Shown: piece after piece, positions 9,655 through 20,688 of the stretch
Numbering within the stretch: position 1 is the stretch's first letter
Layout: every line of letters begins with the position of its first letter
Source of the DNA: Candidatus Anstonellales archaeon
GTDB taxonomy: Archaea; Micrarchaeota; Micrarchaeia; Anstonellales; J096
Direction: 5' to 3'
DNA length: 64,000 bases
Assembly: GCA_038896535.1 (NCBI GenBank)
Contig: JAWACY010000001.1
Span: 1-64,000, forward strand
Notes under the pieces: generated by a model
What the model was told of the DNA's origin: nothing
Database searches by the model: none
The model's input: only the letters and a program-made list of their open reading frames with translations
Position numbers and translations under genes: made by a program

Positions 9655-10680
9655 ATGCAAACAAAAGCATTGTTGCTTGCTGCTGGGTCTGGAAAAAGGC
9701 TTTTTCCTCTTTCAGATGGAATAAGCAAACCAATGTTTCAAATTTTTGACAGGCCAATCATAGGGCAAATTATAAAGGGGCTGAAGAATGCTGGAATATC
9801 AAACATTTATGTTGTATCGAGGCCAAATGATAGTTTCATGCATGAATATGTTAAAAAGCTTGGATGCAAAATTATTGTGCAAGAAAAACCAGAAGGCACG
9901 GCAAAGGCAGTTGAGCTTGCAAAAGAATATATAAATGGTAATTTCATCATAGCTGCTGGCGATCATTTTCTTGATTTAGAAATTTACAAAGAGCTTTCTT
10001 CTTATGAATTAGATAATGTGCTTGTTGCAAAATATATTGAAGGTGATGTAAAAAATTTTGGTTTGCTAGAAATTAAATGCGGGATTGTAAAAAACATAAT
10101 AGAAAAACCAGAGAACATTAATGAGGGATTCATTAACTTACTCATTATCAAGACTAATGATGCCATATTCGATAAAATAAAGGATGTGAAAATATCAAAA
10201 AGGGGAGAATATGAGATCGTAGATGTTTTGAACAATTTTTATGCGCATATTACATTAAGAAGGTGGTTTGACATAGGCTGGCCTTGGGCAATACTTGATT
10301 TATTACATGCATTTGAGGAATATGTTAAAATAGATGAAAAATGTGAATTGCAAAATGCATCAATAAAAAATAGTTATGTAGGGAAAAATTGTATAATAAA
10401 AAATAGCATAATAGAAAATGCAATGATTTGTGATAACTGCGTTATAAATAACTCATATATCAGCAATAGCTATATCATGCAAAATGCTAAAATTGTATCG
10501 AGTAATTTGAAAAATAGCTTTATTGGTATGAATGCTGAAATAAAAAATGTCAATACAAATCCAGTAATAAATGAAATAGCAATTCTTGATAAGATAATAA
10601 GACCAAAAATTCCAATTGGCCTTATTGCTGGCAGTAATAAAATTTTGAATGCGGGCAATTTTTCATGCCATGTTGTATGA
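9655..10680 (+). CDS. Sugar-phosphate nucleotidyltransferase with C-terminal left-handed beta-helix (GlmU/RmlA-like)
   Basis: LLAAGSGKRLFP, SKPM, GTAKA, SKRGEYEI, W.DIG.PW, hexapeptide-like C-terminus. Confidence 0.85.
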   Translation: MQTKALLLAAGSGKRLFPLSDGISKPMFQIFDRPIIGQIIKGLKNAGISNIYVVSRPNDSFMHEYVKKLGCKIIVQEKPEGTAKAVELAKEYINGNFIIAAGDHFLDLEIYKELSSYELDNVLVAKYIEGDVKNFGLLEIKCGIVKNIIEKPENINEGFINLLIIKTNDAIFDKIKDVKISKRGEYEIVDVLNNFYAHITLRRWFDIGWPWAILDLLHAFEEYVKIDEKCELQNASIKNSYVGKNCIIKNSIIENAMICDNCVINNSYISNSYIMQNAKIVSSNLKNSFIGMNAEIKNVNTNPVINEIAILDKIIRPKIPIGLIAGSNKILNAGNFSCHVV

Positions 10681-10708
10681 GTTTTGTTGTATGAATTAAG
10701 AGTTAAGA

Positions 10709-10716
10709 TTTTAAAA
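10709..10716 (+). promoter_or_regulatory. Candidate TATA box of the 16S rRNA transcription unit
   Basis: TTTTAAAA about 55 nt upstream of the 5' arm of the processing stem. Confidence 0.4.
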
Positions 10717-10772
10717 CCTTCTATGCTTATATTTTTTTACTATTCATGGATGCTCTAACTAGGGCATGACTG

Positions 10773-10803
10773 AGAAACCTCAAGGGTCAGAAGGGAAAAG
10801 AAG
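10773..10803 (+). other. 5' arm of the 16S pre-rRNA processing stem (BHB-like)
   Basis: AGAAACCTCAAG-G-GTCA-GAA-GGGAAAAGAAG is complementary to 12341-12371. Confidence 0.85.
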
Positions 10804-10835
10804 ATTCCTTTAAGTTTTTTTGCACAGCAAGATCA

Positions 10836-12323
<1,488 letters not shown>

Positions 12324-12340
12324 AAAAATTTTGTGCAAGG

Positions 12341-12371
12341 CTTCTTTTCCCTGACTTAACTTGAGGTTTCT
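12341..12371 (+). other. 3' arm of the 16S pre-rRNA processing stem (BHB-like)
   Basis: CTTCTTTTCCC-TGAC-TTA-A-CTTGAGGTTTCT pairs with 10773-10803. Confidence 0.85.
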
Positions 12372-12389
12372 AAAACAAATGGTGGTTAA

Positions 12390-12926
12390 ATGAATAAGCA
12401 AATGAATTTTTTACATGACTTAAGCAATGGGTCTGGAGATATAACGAATGTAGTAATAGAAATACCGACTGGAACAAGAAATAAATATGAGTATGAAAAA
12501 AATGAAGGTGTATTCAGGCTTGATAGAGTTTTATTTACCCCATTTCATTATCCTGTTGATTATGGCTTTATTCCACAAACTTGGTATGATGACAATGACC
12601 CTTTAGATGCTATGGTATTAATGAGGTTTCCGACATTCCCTGGTTGTGTAATAGAAGCAAAGGTTATTGGAGCATTGAGAATGGAAGATGATAAAGGCAT
12701 TGATGATAAGCTTTTACTTGTTCCAACAGGCGATCCAAATTTTAAAGACCATGATTCATTAACTGATATTCCATCTGCAGTTTTAGATGAGATAGCACAT
12801 TTTTTCCAAAGATATAAGGAACTTGAAGGCAAAACAGTAAGAATAAACGGCTGGTTCGAGAAACAAGATGCTTTGAAAATGCTTGAGCATGCAAGAAATT
12901 TATATAGAGAAAAATTCAAAAAATAA
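12390..12926 (+). CDS. ppa: Inorganic pyrophosphatase, family I
   Basis: IEIP, NKYE, DRVL, YGFIPQT, DNDPLD, DDK, FFQRYKELE. Confidence 0.95.
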   Translation: MNKQMNFLHDLSNGSGDITNVVIEIPTGTRNKYEYEKNEGVFRLDRVLFTPFHYPVDYGFIPQTWYDDNDPLDAMVLMRFPTFPGCVIEAKVIGALRMEDDKGIDDKLLLVPTGDPNFKDHDSLTDIPSAVLDEIAHFFQRYKELEGKTVRINGWFEKQDALKMLEHARNLYREKFKK

Positions 12927-12973
12927 TTAAATTAAATTAGCAAGTCTTTATTCCCTTATTATCTTTTTATTAT

Positions 12974-13046
12974 CAGCCCCGCCAGGATTCGAACCTGGGT
13001 CTCGAGGGCCAGAGCCTCGCATCCTTGGCCACTAGACGACGGGGCT
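12974..13046 (-). tRNA. tRNA-Gln(CTG)
   Basis: Reverse complement folds to a cloverleaf; anticodon arm CGAGG-CTCTGGC-CCTCG. Confidence 0.95.
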
Positions 13047-13175
13047 AAAAACAAACAACAAAAATTTAAGTAAAATAATAATAAAATAATAAAAATTAGC
13101 ATAAAAACAATTTAAAAGAATAACTAAAAGAGAAAAGAGGCATAATTTTTTAAATGCAACCAAACATATTTAGAT

Positions 13176-13484
13176 ATGGCAAAGGAAAAAACTAAAAAAG
13201 AAGAAGCGGGGAAAGTTAGCAGGAGAGAAGAAGGGTTAAAAACAACTGAGCCAATAATAACAACAACAAAAACAAAAGAGAAACAACAAAAAGAAAAATG
13301 GCCAAGTATAGAGGCTGCTCTTAAAGAAGCTACACGAAGAGCAGAAAAAGCAGAAAATTTATTGCCAAAAAAACTAGAAAAAGAGCTTCCTAATCTTAAT
13401 TATGCTAGAAAAGAAGCGGAAAAATTAAGAGAAGATCTAGATGGAACCAAAAGCCCAAAAGACCTTGACAGAGCATGGGCTTAA
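13176..13484 (+). CDS. Hypothetical charged protein
   Basis: ATG downstream of an AT-rich TATA-like box; K/E-rich ORF. Confidence 0.6.
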   Translation: MAKEKTKKEEAGKVSRREEGLKTTEPIITTTKTKEKQQKEKWPSIEAALKEATRRAEKAENLLPKKLEKELPNLNYARKEAEKLREDLDGTKSPKDLDRAWA

Positions 13485-13495
13485 AGGTGGTTTAA

Positions 13496-13864
13496 ATGGT
13501 TGAAGAAAAAGGGCCTTTTGCTGATTTGCCTGGGGATGTTAAAAAAAGGCTTATATTGATCTGGAAAAATATGAATGAAGAAGACAAAGAGCATTTTATA
13601 AATCAGGTAACATATGCCCTTGCAAGCTGGGGCATAGATGAAAAAGGAAAGGAACTTGTTGTTGTTATAATAGAAAAATTAATAGAAGATGGCTCAACAA
13701 ATTTAGCTGATTTTGGCTTGTATATAGATTGGCTATTAAAAGAAGGGGCAGCAGAACTTTATCCAGAAAGAAAAGATGGCATAAAAAAAGCAATCGAATA
13801 TGTTAATGAATATAGAATGAAATATGAGCTTCCAAACTCACCAACAAGATCAATGCTTATATAG
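13496..13864 (+). CDS. Hypothetical protein
   Basis: Preceded by GGTGG Shine-Dalgarno-like sequence; typical composition. Confidence 0.7.
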   Translation: MVEEKGPFADLPGDVKKRLILIWKNMNEEDKEHFINQVTYALASWGIDEKGKELVVVIIEKLIEDGSTNLADFGLYIDWLLKEGAAELYPERKDGIKKAIEYVNEYRMKYELPNSPTRSMLI

Positions 13865-13915
13865 ATCAATGCTTATATAAAACTAAACTTCTATAAGCAC
13901 TAATATAAGCACTAA
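13847..13915. repeat. Two short tandem duplications whose cores are mutually inverted
   Basis: AGATCAATGCTTATAT x2 (13847-13878) and TATAAGCACTAA x2 (13892-13915); TGCTTATA and TATAAGCA are reverse complements. Confidence 0.8.
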
Positions 13916-14046
13916 ATCACTATATTATTAATTCCTATATTATTTTTATTTCCAAGTTTGGATTTGAAACAAGCAACAACCAAAGGCAACAATAAGCCCA
14001 AAGTATATAAAGACACTAAACCGCTAATTATTATCTATGTTATTAT

Positions 14047-14751
14047 CTATGATTCTAAAAATTTCTTTATTTCTTTATCATTTAATGTCATGAACTTCTC
14101 CATGTCTTGTTTATAATAAACAAGTTCTATAAATATATTTTCTGCCTGCACATTTTCTTTTAATGCTTTTACTGCCAATTTTATTAAATCATTTAACTGC
14201 ATGTCTTGTTTGTAATTCTTTTCTAAATATGCATCTACTTCCTTCTTATTTTCACCTATTGATGTTGCATAATAACCTATCAATGCACCACTTGGCTCAA
14301 CTTCAAAAAGATATGGCTTATTATCTATACCCCCAACAAGCAATGAAACACCAAAAGGCCTGCCTCCGCCATATTGAGTATATGCTTGTACAACGTCTGC
14401 CATATACCTAGCAACACTTGTCACACTCGGCTTTTCTGAATATATAAGCCTATGCCTTTCAGCATAATACCTCCCATTATCAACAAGCCTTCTTGCATCT
14501 GCTATTAATCCAGCAGCAACAGCATAAATATGGTTATCTATTTCAAATGTTTTTCTTATTGTATCTGGCATAACAAGATTGCTATAAACATTTTTCACTG
14601 CTGCTAAGACAACAGAATCTCTGCCTATCAAGCCAATGCTTGTTGCTCCTTTTTTCACTGCTTCTTTAGCATATTCAACTTGGAATAATCTTCCATCTGG
14701 GGAAAATAATGTTATTGCTCTATCATATGCTTGTTGCAATCCTCCATACAT
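14047..14751 (-). CDS. psmA: Proteasome alpha subunit
   Basis: YDRAITLFSPDGRLFQVEYA signature, RPFGVSLL. Confidence 0.97.
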   Translation of the reverse strand: MYGGLQQAYDRAITLFSPDGRLFQVEYAKEAVKKGATSIGLIGRDSVVLAAVKNVYSNLVMPDTIRKTFEIDNHIYAVAAGLIADARRLVDNGRYYAERHRLIYSEKPSVTSVARYMADVVQAYTQYGGGRPFGVSLLVGGIDNKPYLFEVEPSGALIGYYATSIGENKKEVDAYLEKNYKQDMQLNDLIKLAVKALKENVQAENIFIELVYYKQDMEKFMTLNDKEIKKFLES

Positions 14752-14775
14752 GTTATCACCATGCTTATATTAGGG

Positions 14776-15405
14776 CTAAATGTTTAAAAATAAATGTGAA
14801 ACAACGCCACCAACAATAGAGCAAATAAGGTTGCTTGTTGCTTTATTACCAAATCCTCTCTCTTCAAAAAAACCAGCAATGCTATCTGCAAATGAGCCAA
14901 TGAAACCTGAGATAGCAATAATTAATGCTTGATAATTTGATAAATTAAATAAATATGCAGATATAACAGCAATTGTCAAGCTTCCTGTAAAACTTGCTAT
15001 CAATCCTAGCTTTGACACTGCGCCGCTTGCCCCTATTCTTGTTTTTTTCCATGTGAACAATTCTATTGGCTCATTGCCCAAAACGCCTATTTCAGAAGCA
15101 AACTTATCTGCTGTTATTGCTGCAACAGAGCCAGCAAATGCATATGGCATGTTAAGATAAGAGAACAATGCAGGGAAAAGGCCATTTGATAATACATTTG
15201 ACAGTCCCCTTTTATGATCATAGATTTTCATCACATATTTTTTTCTATACCCCAATGATGTTGCATGCATTGATAACAAGAAGAAAGACAGCAGTAATAT
15301 TAAATAGTTCAGGCCTCCATAATTATAGGAGATAAATGCTATTACAAGAGCAAGCAAAAACCCATAAACATCAAGGCCCAAAATAGCCATAATATAATAA
15401 AGCAA
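14776..15405 (-). CDS. DUF92 family membrane protein
   Basis: R...NVLSNG, ADKFASEIG, GASGAVS..G, DS..G motifs. Confidence 0.85.
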   Translation of the reverse strand: MLYYIMAILGLDVYGFLLALVIAFISYNYGGLNYLILLLSFFLLSMHATSLGYRKKYVMKIYDHKRGLSNVLSNGLFPALFSYLNMPYAFAGSVAAITADKFASEIGVLGNEPIELFTWKKTRIGASGAVSKLGLIASFTGSLTIAVISAYLFNLSNYQALIIAISGFIGSFADSIAGFFEERGFGNKATSNLICSIVGGVVSHLFLNI

Positions 15406-15436
15406 ACATTATAAATATAATTGGTCTTAATTTATT

Positions 15437-15694
15437 ATGGCAAAGCGCGTATTATTAAAAGGCACTATATCAATAAAGGCCGGAAGCAATTTTTTAGATG
15501 CATTGCAAAATGCCTTATCTGAATACAACGAGGAGAGATTTAAAACAGCAATAAAGAAAAGTAAAAATAGCATAACAATACATGTAAATGCTAGCGATGC
15601 AACTGCATTAAGAGCAGGTTTAAATAGTTATCTGCGCATATTACAATGCTTAAATGAGTTAAAGGTGGAAGAATGGCAACAGATGAAGAATTAG
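15437..15694 (+). CDS. pcc1: KEOPS complex subunit Pcc1
   Basis: ASDATALRAGLNSYLR; upstream of prefoldin beta. Confidence 0.8.
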   Translation: MAKRVLLKGTISIKAGSNFLDALQNALSEYNEERFKTAIKKSKNSITIHVNASDATALRAGLNSYLRILQCLNELKVEEWQQMKN

Positions 15695-16029
15695 AAAGAG
15701 AAATAGTTGAATATCAAAAAATGGAAAAGCAACTTGAAGCAGTTATGGGCCAGAGATACCAGCTTGAAACGCAAAGAGAAGAGCTGACAACAGCATTAAA
15801 GTTAATAGAAAAAACAAGTGAAGAAGTTTATAAAAGCAGCGGGGGTATTCTTGTAAAAGTCAGCAGGGAAGAAGCAATAAAAGACATTAAAGACAAGCTT
15901 GAGCTTATAGAAGTGAGATTAAAAACATTGAAAGATCAGGAAGATGGGCTGAAAAACAAGCTTGAAAGGCTCATGAAAAAATTGCAAGAAGAACTCAAGC
16001 ATAGATCCGGGCCAGGAGAAGCTGCATAA
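15673..16029 (+). CDS. pfdB: Prefoldin beta subunit
   Basis: Two coiled coils around VYKSSGGILVK. Confidence 0.9.
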   Translation: MATDEELEREIVEYQKMEKQLEAVMGQRYQLETQREELTTALKLIEKTSEEVYKSSGGILVKVSREEAIKDIKDKLELIEVRLKTLKDQEDGLKNKLERLMKKLQEELKHRSGPGEAA

Positions 16030-16042
16030 AATGCTGATTTGA

Positions 16043-17008
16043 ATGAATGCAGAGAATAAGCTTAGAGCATTTTATAGAAAATTCAAAAACAAAGCATTTA
16101 TTTTTTGTACGCACAAACATGCTGATACAGATGCTGTAAGCTCTGCTTATGTGTTATCAAAGGTTTTTCCAAAAAGCATGTTTGCGATTCCTGATGAAAT
16201 GAATAATGCTGCAATGAAATTACTGGAATATTTTAAAATAAAGCCAATGCTTTTAAGCAGTGCATTGAAAAAAAGGCATGATGCAATAATTGCTGTTGAT
16301 ACATCAAGCAAGGCATTATTCCCTTATGATGAAATGCAGGATATTGGGGAAAAAATAATAGCTGTGATAGACCATCATGAAAGGGGCAAAGATGCTTTTA
16401 ATGCTGAATACATGTTTATAAATAATGATGCAAGAGCATGTGCAGAGATCATTGCAAACACATTTAGCAAATTAAAGGGAAAATATGCTGCTTTGCTTGC
16501 TTGTGGCATATTGAGCGATACAGTAAGATTTGTAACAGCAAACAAAAACACAATAAAGGCATTCATGAATATGTATAGAAATAGCAACTATGAATATGAG
16601 AAATTATTAAGGCTTGCATTTCCAAAAAGGCCGTTGTATGAAAAAATAGCAATACTGAAAGGCTTGCAAAGAACAAAGATTGTGCAATATAAAGATATTA
16701 TAATATCATTATCTCATGTTGGCTCAAATAATGGAGAGGTTGCCTCATTGCTAGCAAATGCTGGGGACATAGCATTTGTTGCACAAAAAGAAGGAAAGGC
16801 AATACGCATATCAGCAAGGGCTAATATGCATATCGATATAGAACTAAACAAAGTAATGGAAAACGTTGCATCAGCGTTTAATGGCATGGGCGGCGGCCAT
16901 AAAAAAGCTGCTGGCTGCATAGCATATGGAAATTTAAATGATGTATTAGAATATTGCGCTAAAAAAACAAAAGACATGTTAAAAAATAATAAAAAAAGGA
17001 AAAAATAA
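16043..17008 (+). CDS. DHH/DHHA1 phosphoesterase
   Basis: THKHADTDA, VDT, IDHH, GILSDT, GGGHKKAAG. Confidence 0.9.
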   Translation: MNAENKLRAFYRKFKNKAFIFCTHKHADTDAVSSAYVLSKVFPKSMFAIPDEMNNAAMKLLEYFKIKPMLLSSALKKRHDAIIAVDTSSKALFPYDEMQDIGEKIIAVIDHHERGKDAFNAEYMFINNDARACAEIIANTFSKLKGKYAALLACGILSDTVRFVTANKNTIKAFMNMYRNSNYEYEKLLRLAFPKRPLYEKIAILKGLQRTKIVQYKDIIISLSHVGSNNGEVASLLANAGDIAFVAQKEGKAIRISARANMHIDIELNKVMENVASAFNGMGGGHKKAAGCIAYGNLNDVLEYCAKKTKDMLKNNKKRKK

Positions 17009-17095
17009 GAAAGAAAGAGGCTGGAACAATGGGCAATCTATAATATTTAATTAAAAGGCCTTAAAAACCTTTCATTTGTTTATTTTTATGTATCT

Positions 17096-18844
17096 TTATG
17101 CTTTTTTTCCAGCTTTTGATTTTTGTGCATAGAAAAGGCTTTCTATTTCCCTTAATGTTGTTGCTTCATATATATCTTTATCTTCTCTAAGCTTAAAAAA
17201 TCTAGGAAATCTTAAAGCAAATCCTTTTCCAGATTCTGTTTGCATGCCAGCAGTATGTTGCTTGCTTAATGTTATTTCATCATACATGACTTCAACTACA
17301 TATTTTAGCTTTACCCATTTATCAGGCTTTATTAAACTAACAACTCTCTCATCTGGCTTATCTGTTTCTATTTCCTCAAGCATTTTTTTGAATTTCACCA
17401 GTTCTTGTTCAGTAAATCCTGAGCTTGCTTTTGCTATTGTTTCAAATTTATCAGTTTCTTCGTTGTATATGCAAACAAGCAGACCGCCAAAACCAAACTT
17501 GGCCCTTGCTCCTGTGCCATAATAATAGCCAGCAACAACAGCATCTATTGTGTCTATTTCTTTTCCATAGCTTTTCTTTAATTTTATCCATGCAAATTCT
17601 CTCTTGCCAGCAATATATGGAGCATTCAAATCCTTTGCCATTATCCCCTCAAGTCCTCTTTTTATTGCATCATTAAACATATTTTCTATTTCCCCAGCAT
17701 TTTTTGCTATTTTCAAAGTGCTGATTTCTATATTGCCTGGCCTTTTTGCAATTGCCTTTTCAAGTATTTCTCTTCTTTTTTTGAATGGCTCTCTTGTTAG
17801 GTCTTTACCATTTAAATACATGATATCAAATAAGAAAAGCTTTAATGGATACTGCTTGCTTGCTTGTTCAATTCCGTATTTCCTTCTTCTATGCATTGTT
17901 TCCTGAAAACTAAAAAATCTGCCTTGCTTTTGGTCATATGCTAGGGCTTCTCCTTCTATTATTAACTCATCAGGCTCAAGCAATTTAATGCTTTGCTCTA
18001 TATCTGGGAACATGCCTTTCATTCTTTCTAAGCGTCTTGAAAATATTGCTACTTCATTATTTTTCTTATGTACTTGCATCCTGAAGCCATCGTATTTATA
18101 TTCTATTGCGCATGTTCCTATCTTCTTATATATCTCTTCAGCACTTGCTAATCTTTCTGCAAGAGCAGGCCTTATAGGGCGGAATATGTTTATTTCAAAT
18201 GTCTTTATTAAATCTGGGCTTTTCAATGCTGTTTCTGCAACAATGCCTATATCACTGCATAAATTATAAGCCCTTTCTATATCATCTCTCAATTCTTTTG
18301 TCCCTTTTAAAGCCCAGCTCAAGGCATCAAGTATTGTTGGCTCTCCAATGCCTGCTCTTATTTCAGCCAATAGGATTCTGGCAATGTATTTTGCTTCTTC
18401 TTTTGATGCATTATTGAAAAGCTCTGCTGTATATCTTTTCTTTAACTCAGCACTGCCCTTTCCAGAAAGCATTGCAATCTTTAGCATTGATTTATATACA
18501 TAACTTAAGTCCATTTCTTTTTTTAAAAGCGTCTTTTGTTTCTTTTTTTCTATAACATTATAAGCCAAAAGGCCTATTTCATTTATCTTTTTATATTCTT
18601 TCTCAATCTCCTCTTTTTTATAGCCGCTTGCTATTGATAAGGCATCAAATAGCATCTTTATACCTATGCCAGTCTCAACGCCATAATATGGTGGCAATAT
18701 ATAACCAGTAAGCAAATATGATAAATATTTTGCTTCTTCTGGATTTGTTTTTTTAAATAATTCTGCTAAAGCAGAGGTTATTTCAAGCCTTGATCTTGTT
18801 CTTTCAATACTTTCAAGCACTGTAACAACTTCTCTAAAAAGCAT
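17096..18844 (-). CDS. lig: ATP-dependent DNA ligase
   Basis: EYKYDGFR (motif I), EGIMAK, WIKLK, LRFPRF. Confidence 0.97.
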   Translation of the reverse strand: MLFREVVTVLESIERTRSRLEITSALAELFKKTNPEEAKYLSYLLTGYILPPYYGVETGIGIKMLFDALSIASGYKKEEIEKEYKKINEIGLLAYNVIEKKKQKTLLKKEMDLSYVYKSMLKIAMLSGKGSAELKKRYTAELFNNASKEEAKYIARILLAEIRAGIGEPTILDALSWALKGTKELRDDIERAYNLCSDIGIVAETALKSPDLIKTFEINIFRPIRPALAERLASAEEIYKKIGTCAIEYKYDGFRMQVHKKNNEVAIFSRRLERMKGMFPDIEQSIKLLEPDELIIEGEALAYDQKQGRFFSFQETMHRRRKYGIEQASKQYPLKLFLFDIMYLNGKDLTREPFKKRREILEKAIAKRPGNIEISTLKIAKNAGEIENMFNDAIKRGLEGIMAKDLNAPYIAGKREFAWIKLKKSYGKEIDTIDAVVAGYYYGTGARAKFGFGGLLVCIYNEETDKFETIAKASSGFTEQELVKFKKMLEEIETDKPDERVVSLIKPDKWVKLKYVVEVMYDEITLSKQHTAGMQTESGKGFALRFPRFFKLREDKDIYEATTLREIESLFYAQKSKAGKKA

Positions 18845-18892
18845 AAATAAATAATGAAAAAACTTTTAATAAGATGCTGTCATTATTATATT

Positions 18893-18942
18893 GTGATGAG
18901 TTTGGAGGCTTCTGATTTAGTGATGATGTGACTTGACTCTGA
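18893..18942 (+). ncRNA. Box C/D guide sRNA
   Basis: Box C GTGATGA (18893-99), 12-nt guide, D' CTGA (18912-15), C' GTGATGA (18920-26), 12-nt guide, D CTGA (18939-42); the D guide has a 10-nt match to 16S 12198-12207. Confidence 0.88.
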
Positions 18943-18997
18943 TTTGTTATTTTATCATTATTAGATTGCAACAAAATCATCATGAAACTAACTTAAA

Positions 18998-19744
18998 TCA
19001 TAATTTGACGACATTTTTAACCAGACTTATGATTATTGAAAAAAGGATGAAAAGCCATAAACCATGAATGTTCAAAGACAATTCTTTTATCTCTATTTCT
19101 GTCCTTGTAGCGTTATCATCTGTTATATGCAAGGGCAGTGAACTTGAAACATTTGCTTGTAAGAGGCTGCTGTTTTCTTCCTTTATTATGTCAATTTTTA
19201 TGTTCAGTTTATCGCTTATGTTAAAAACATTATTGATGCCATTATTTTTGCATTTATTATTACTTCCACACTTTTGCATTTCTTGTGGATAATATGCCTC
19301 ATAATATATTTCCCCTCTTAGAGATTTATCCAGCGTTTCATAATTTAAAAAATGCCTGCCCTCTCTTATATATAATATTTTTCCCTTCTCATCAATTGTT
19401 GTTTTTATATCATCCCTCTTGTTTAAATCAATATAGTCTAGCACAGAAAAAAACAAAAGAAATATAAACAAGCTTATTATAGACATCTTTAACTGCTCTT
19501 TAAAGAGAAATGGAAATTCTTTTGATTTCTCAATTTGCTTTTTATTGAGCTCATCCATTTTTTTTATGTCGTTCTTTTTTGTTGCTGTCCAGAATTCAGA
19601 CTGCAGTTTCTTCATCTCTTCATTAAATGCCCTTACCCTTTTCATATCTGTAAACCTGTTTATTGCATAAGAAGATAAAATAACATACACCAAGGCAGCC
19701 AATATATAATAAATTAAATTAACATCAATAGAACCATAGGGCAT
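18998..19744 (-). CDS. DUF106 / EMC3-TMCO1 (Oxa1 superfamily) membrane protein
   Basis: TM helix, coiled coil, further TM helices; position downstream of adk is typical. Confidence 0.7.
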   Translation of the reverse strand: MPYGSIDVNLIYYILAALVYVILSSYAINRFTDMKRVRAFNEEMKKLQSEFWTATKKNDIKKMDELNKKQIEKSKEFPFLFKEQLKMSIISLFIFLLFFSVLDYIDLNKRDDIKTTIDEKGKILYIREGRHFLNYETLDKSLRGEIYYEAYYPQEMQKCGSNNKCKNNGINNVFNISDKLNIKIDIIKEENSSLLQANVSSSLPLHITDDNATRTEIEIKELSLNIHGLWLFILFSIIISLVKNVVKL

Positions 19745-19803
19745 TATTCCACCTTTTCATTTTATTATCTTTATTACTGCTTTTATTATTCAGCTCCTTT
19801 TTA

Positions 19804-20364
19804 TTATTCTGTTTCTTTATTAAATATATCAACCAGTTTCTTAACAGCCTGCTCTTGCATGCCGTTATCATTTCTTATTATCTTAAATGGACAGAAAGCC
19901 ATTGTTGAATATGTTATTAAATATGAGATATTAACTTTTTCATGTTCTACAATGTCATCAAGACTTTCAATATCTCTTTTTCTTGACAAATCTGTATGCC
20001 TTCTTTCCCATATATGCTCTGGCTTTGCTGTTATTAAGACCATAATTTCTGGTTTTATAATCTTTAATACATCTTCATTGAAGCCCGGCATAAAACCAGC
20101 TTTTGTTTTAACAGAAAAATGTGTATCAATAATAAGGTTTCTCCCCTTTACATGTGATATGTGCCTTGCTGCTTTTTTTTGCAATGTCTTTATTGTAGTT
20201 ATTGATAATTTCCTCATCTCATCTCTGTCTTTTACAAGGCCTTTTGCATATTTTAACATGACATCTCCGAAATTTATTATGTTTAATGTTTGCACATGTT
20301 GCTTTACTAATTTTAATATCGTTGTTTTGCCTGCGCCTGGAACGCCTGCAACTATTGCTCTCAT
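19804..20364 (-). CDS. adkA: Archaeal adenylate kinase
   Basis: GVPGAGKTT, NFGDVM, RDEMRKL, IDTH. Confidence 0.95.
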   Translation of the reverse strand: MRAIVAGVPGAGKTTILKLVKQHVQTLNIINFGDVMLKYAKGLVKDRDEMRKLSITTIKTLQKKAARHISHVKGRNLIIDTHFSVKTKAGFMPGFNEDVLKIIKPEIMVLITAKPEHIWERRHTDLSRKRDIESLDDIVEHEKVNISYLITYSTMAFCPFKIIRNDNGMQEQAVKKLVDIFNKETE

Positions 20365-20484
20365 TAAAACACCACCAACTATTTTATATTATGTTTTTAT
20401 ATTATGAAGCAATATACTTAAAACGAGTCTTTTTAATAACCTATCATTACTCAATGCACTTATCTTTCTTATTTTTTCTTTCAT

Positions 20485-20682
20485 TTAACCACCAAAAACA
20501 ACTTTTATAACTTCTATTTCTTCATCTCCATTTACTTCATAATTATCTGGTTTTATTTTTCCATTTATTTTAAATATGACTTCTTGACTTGAATAGCCAA
20601 GCTTTTGCGCTATGCCTTTAAGCTGGCCTTTATAATCAAGAGTTTTTTCCTCATTCTCATGTACTATCCTGACTTTTACCAT
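20485..20682 (-). CDS. Ubiquitin-like ThiS/MoaD/SAMP family protein
   Basis: 65 aa, NG motif, C-terminal VFGG. Confidence 0.85.
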   Translation of the reverse strand: MVKVRIVHENEEKTLDYKGQLKGIAQKLGYSSQEVIFKINGKIKPDNYEVNGDEEIEVIKVVFGG

Positions 20683-20688
20683 AATATA

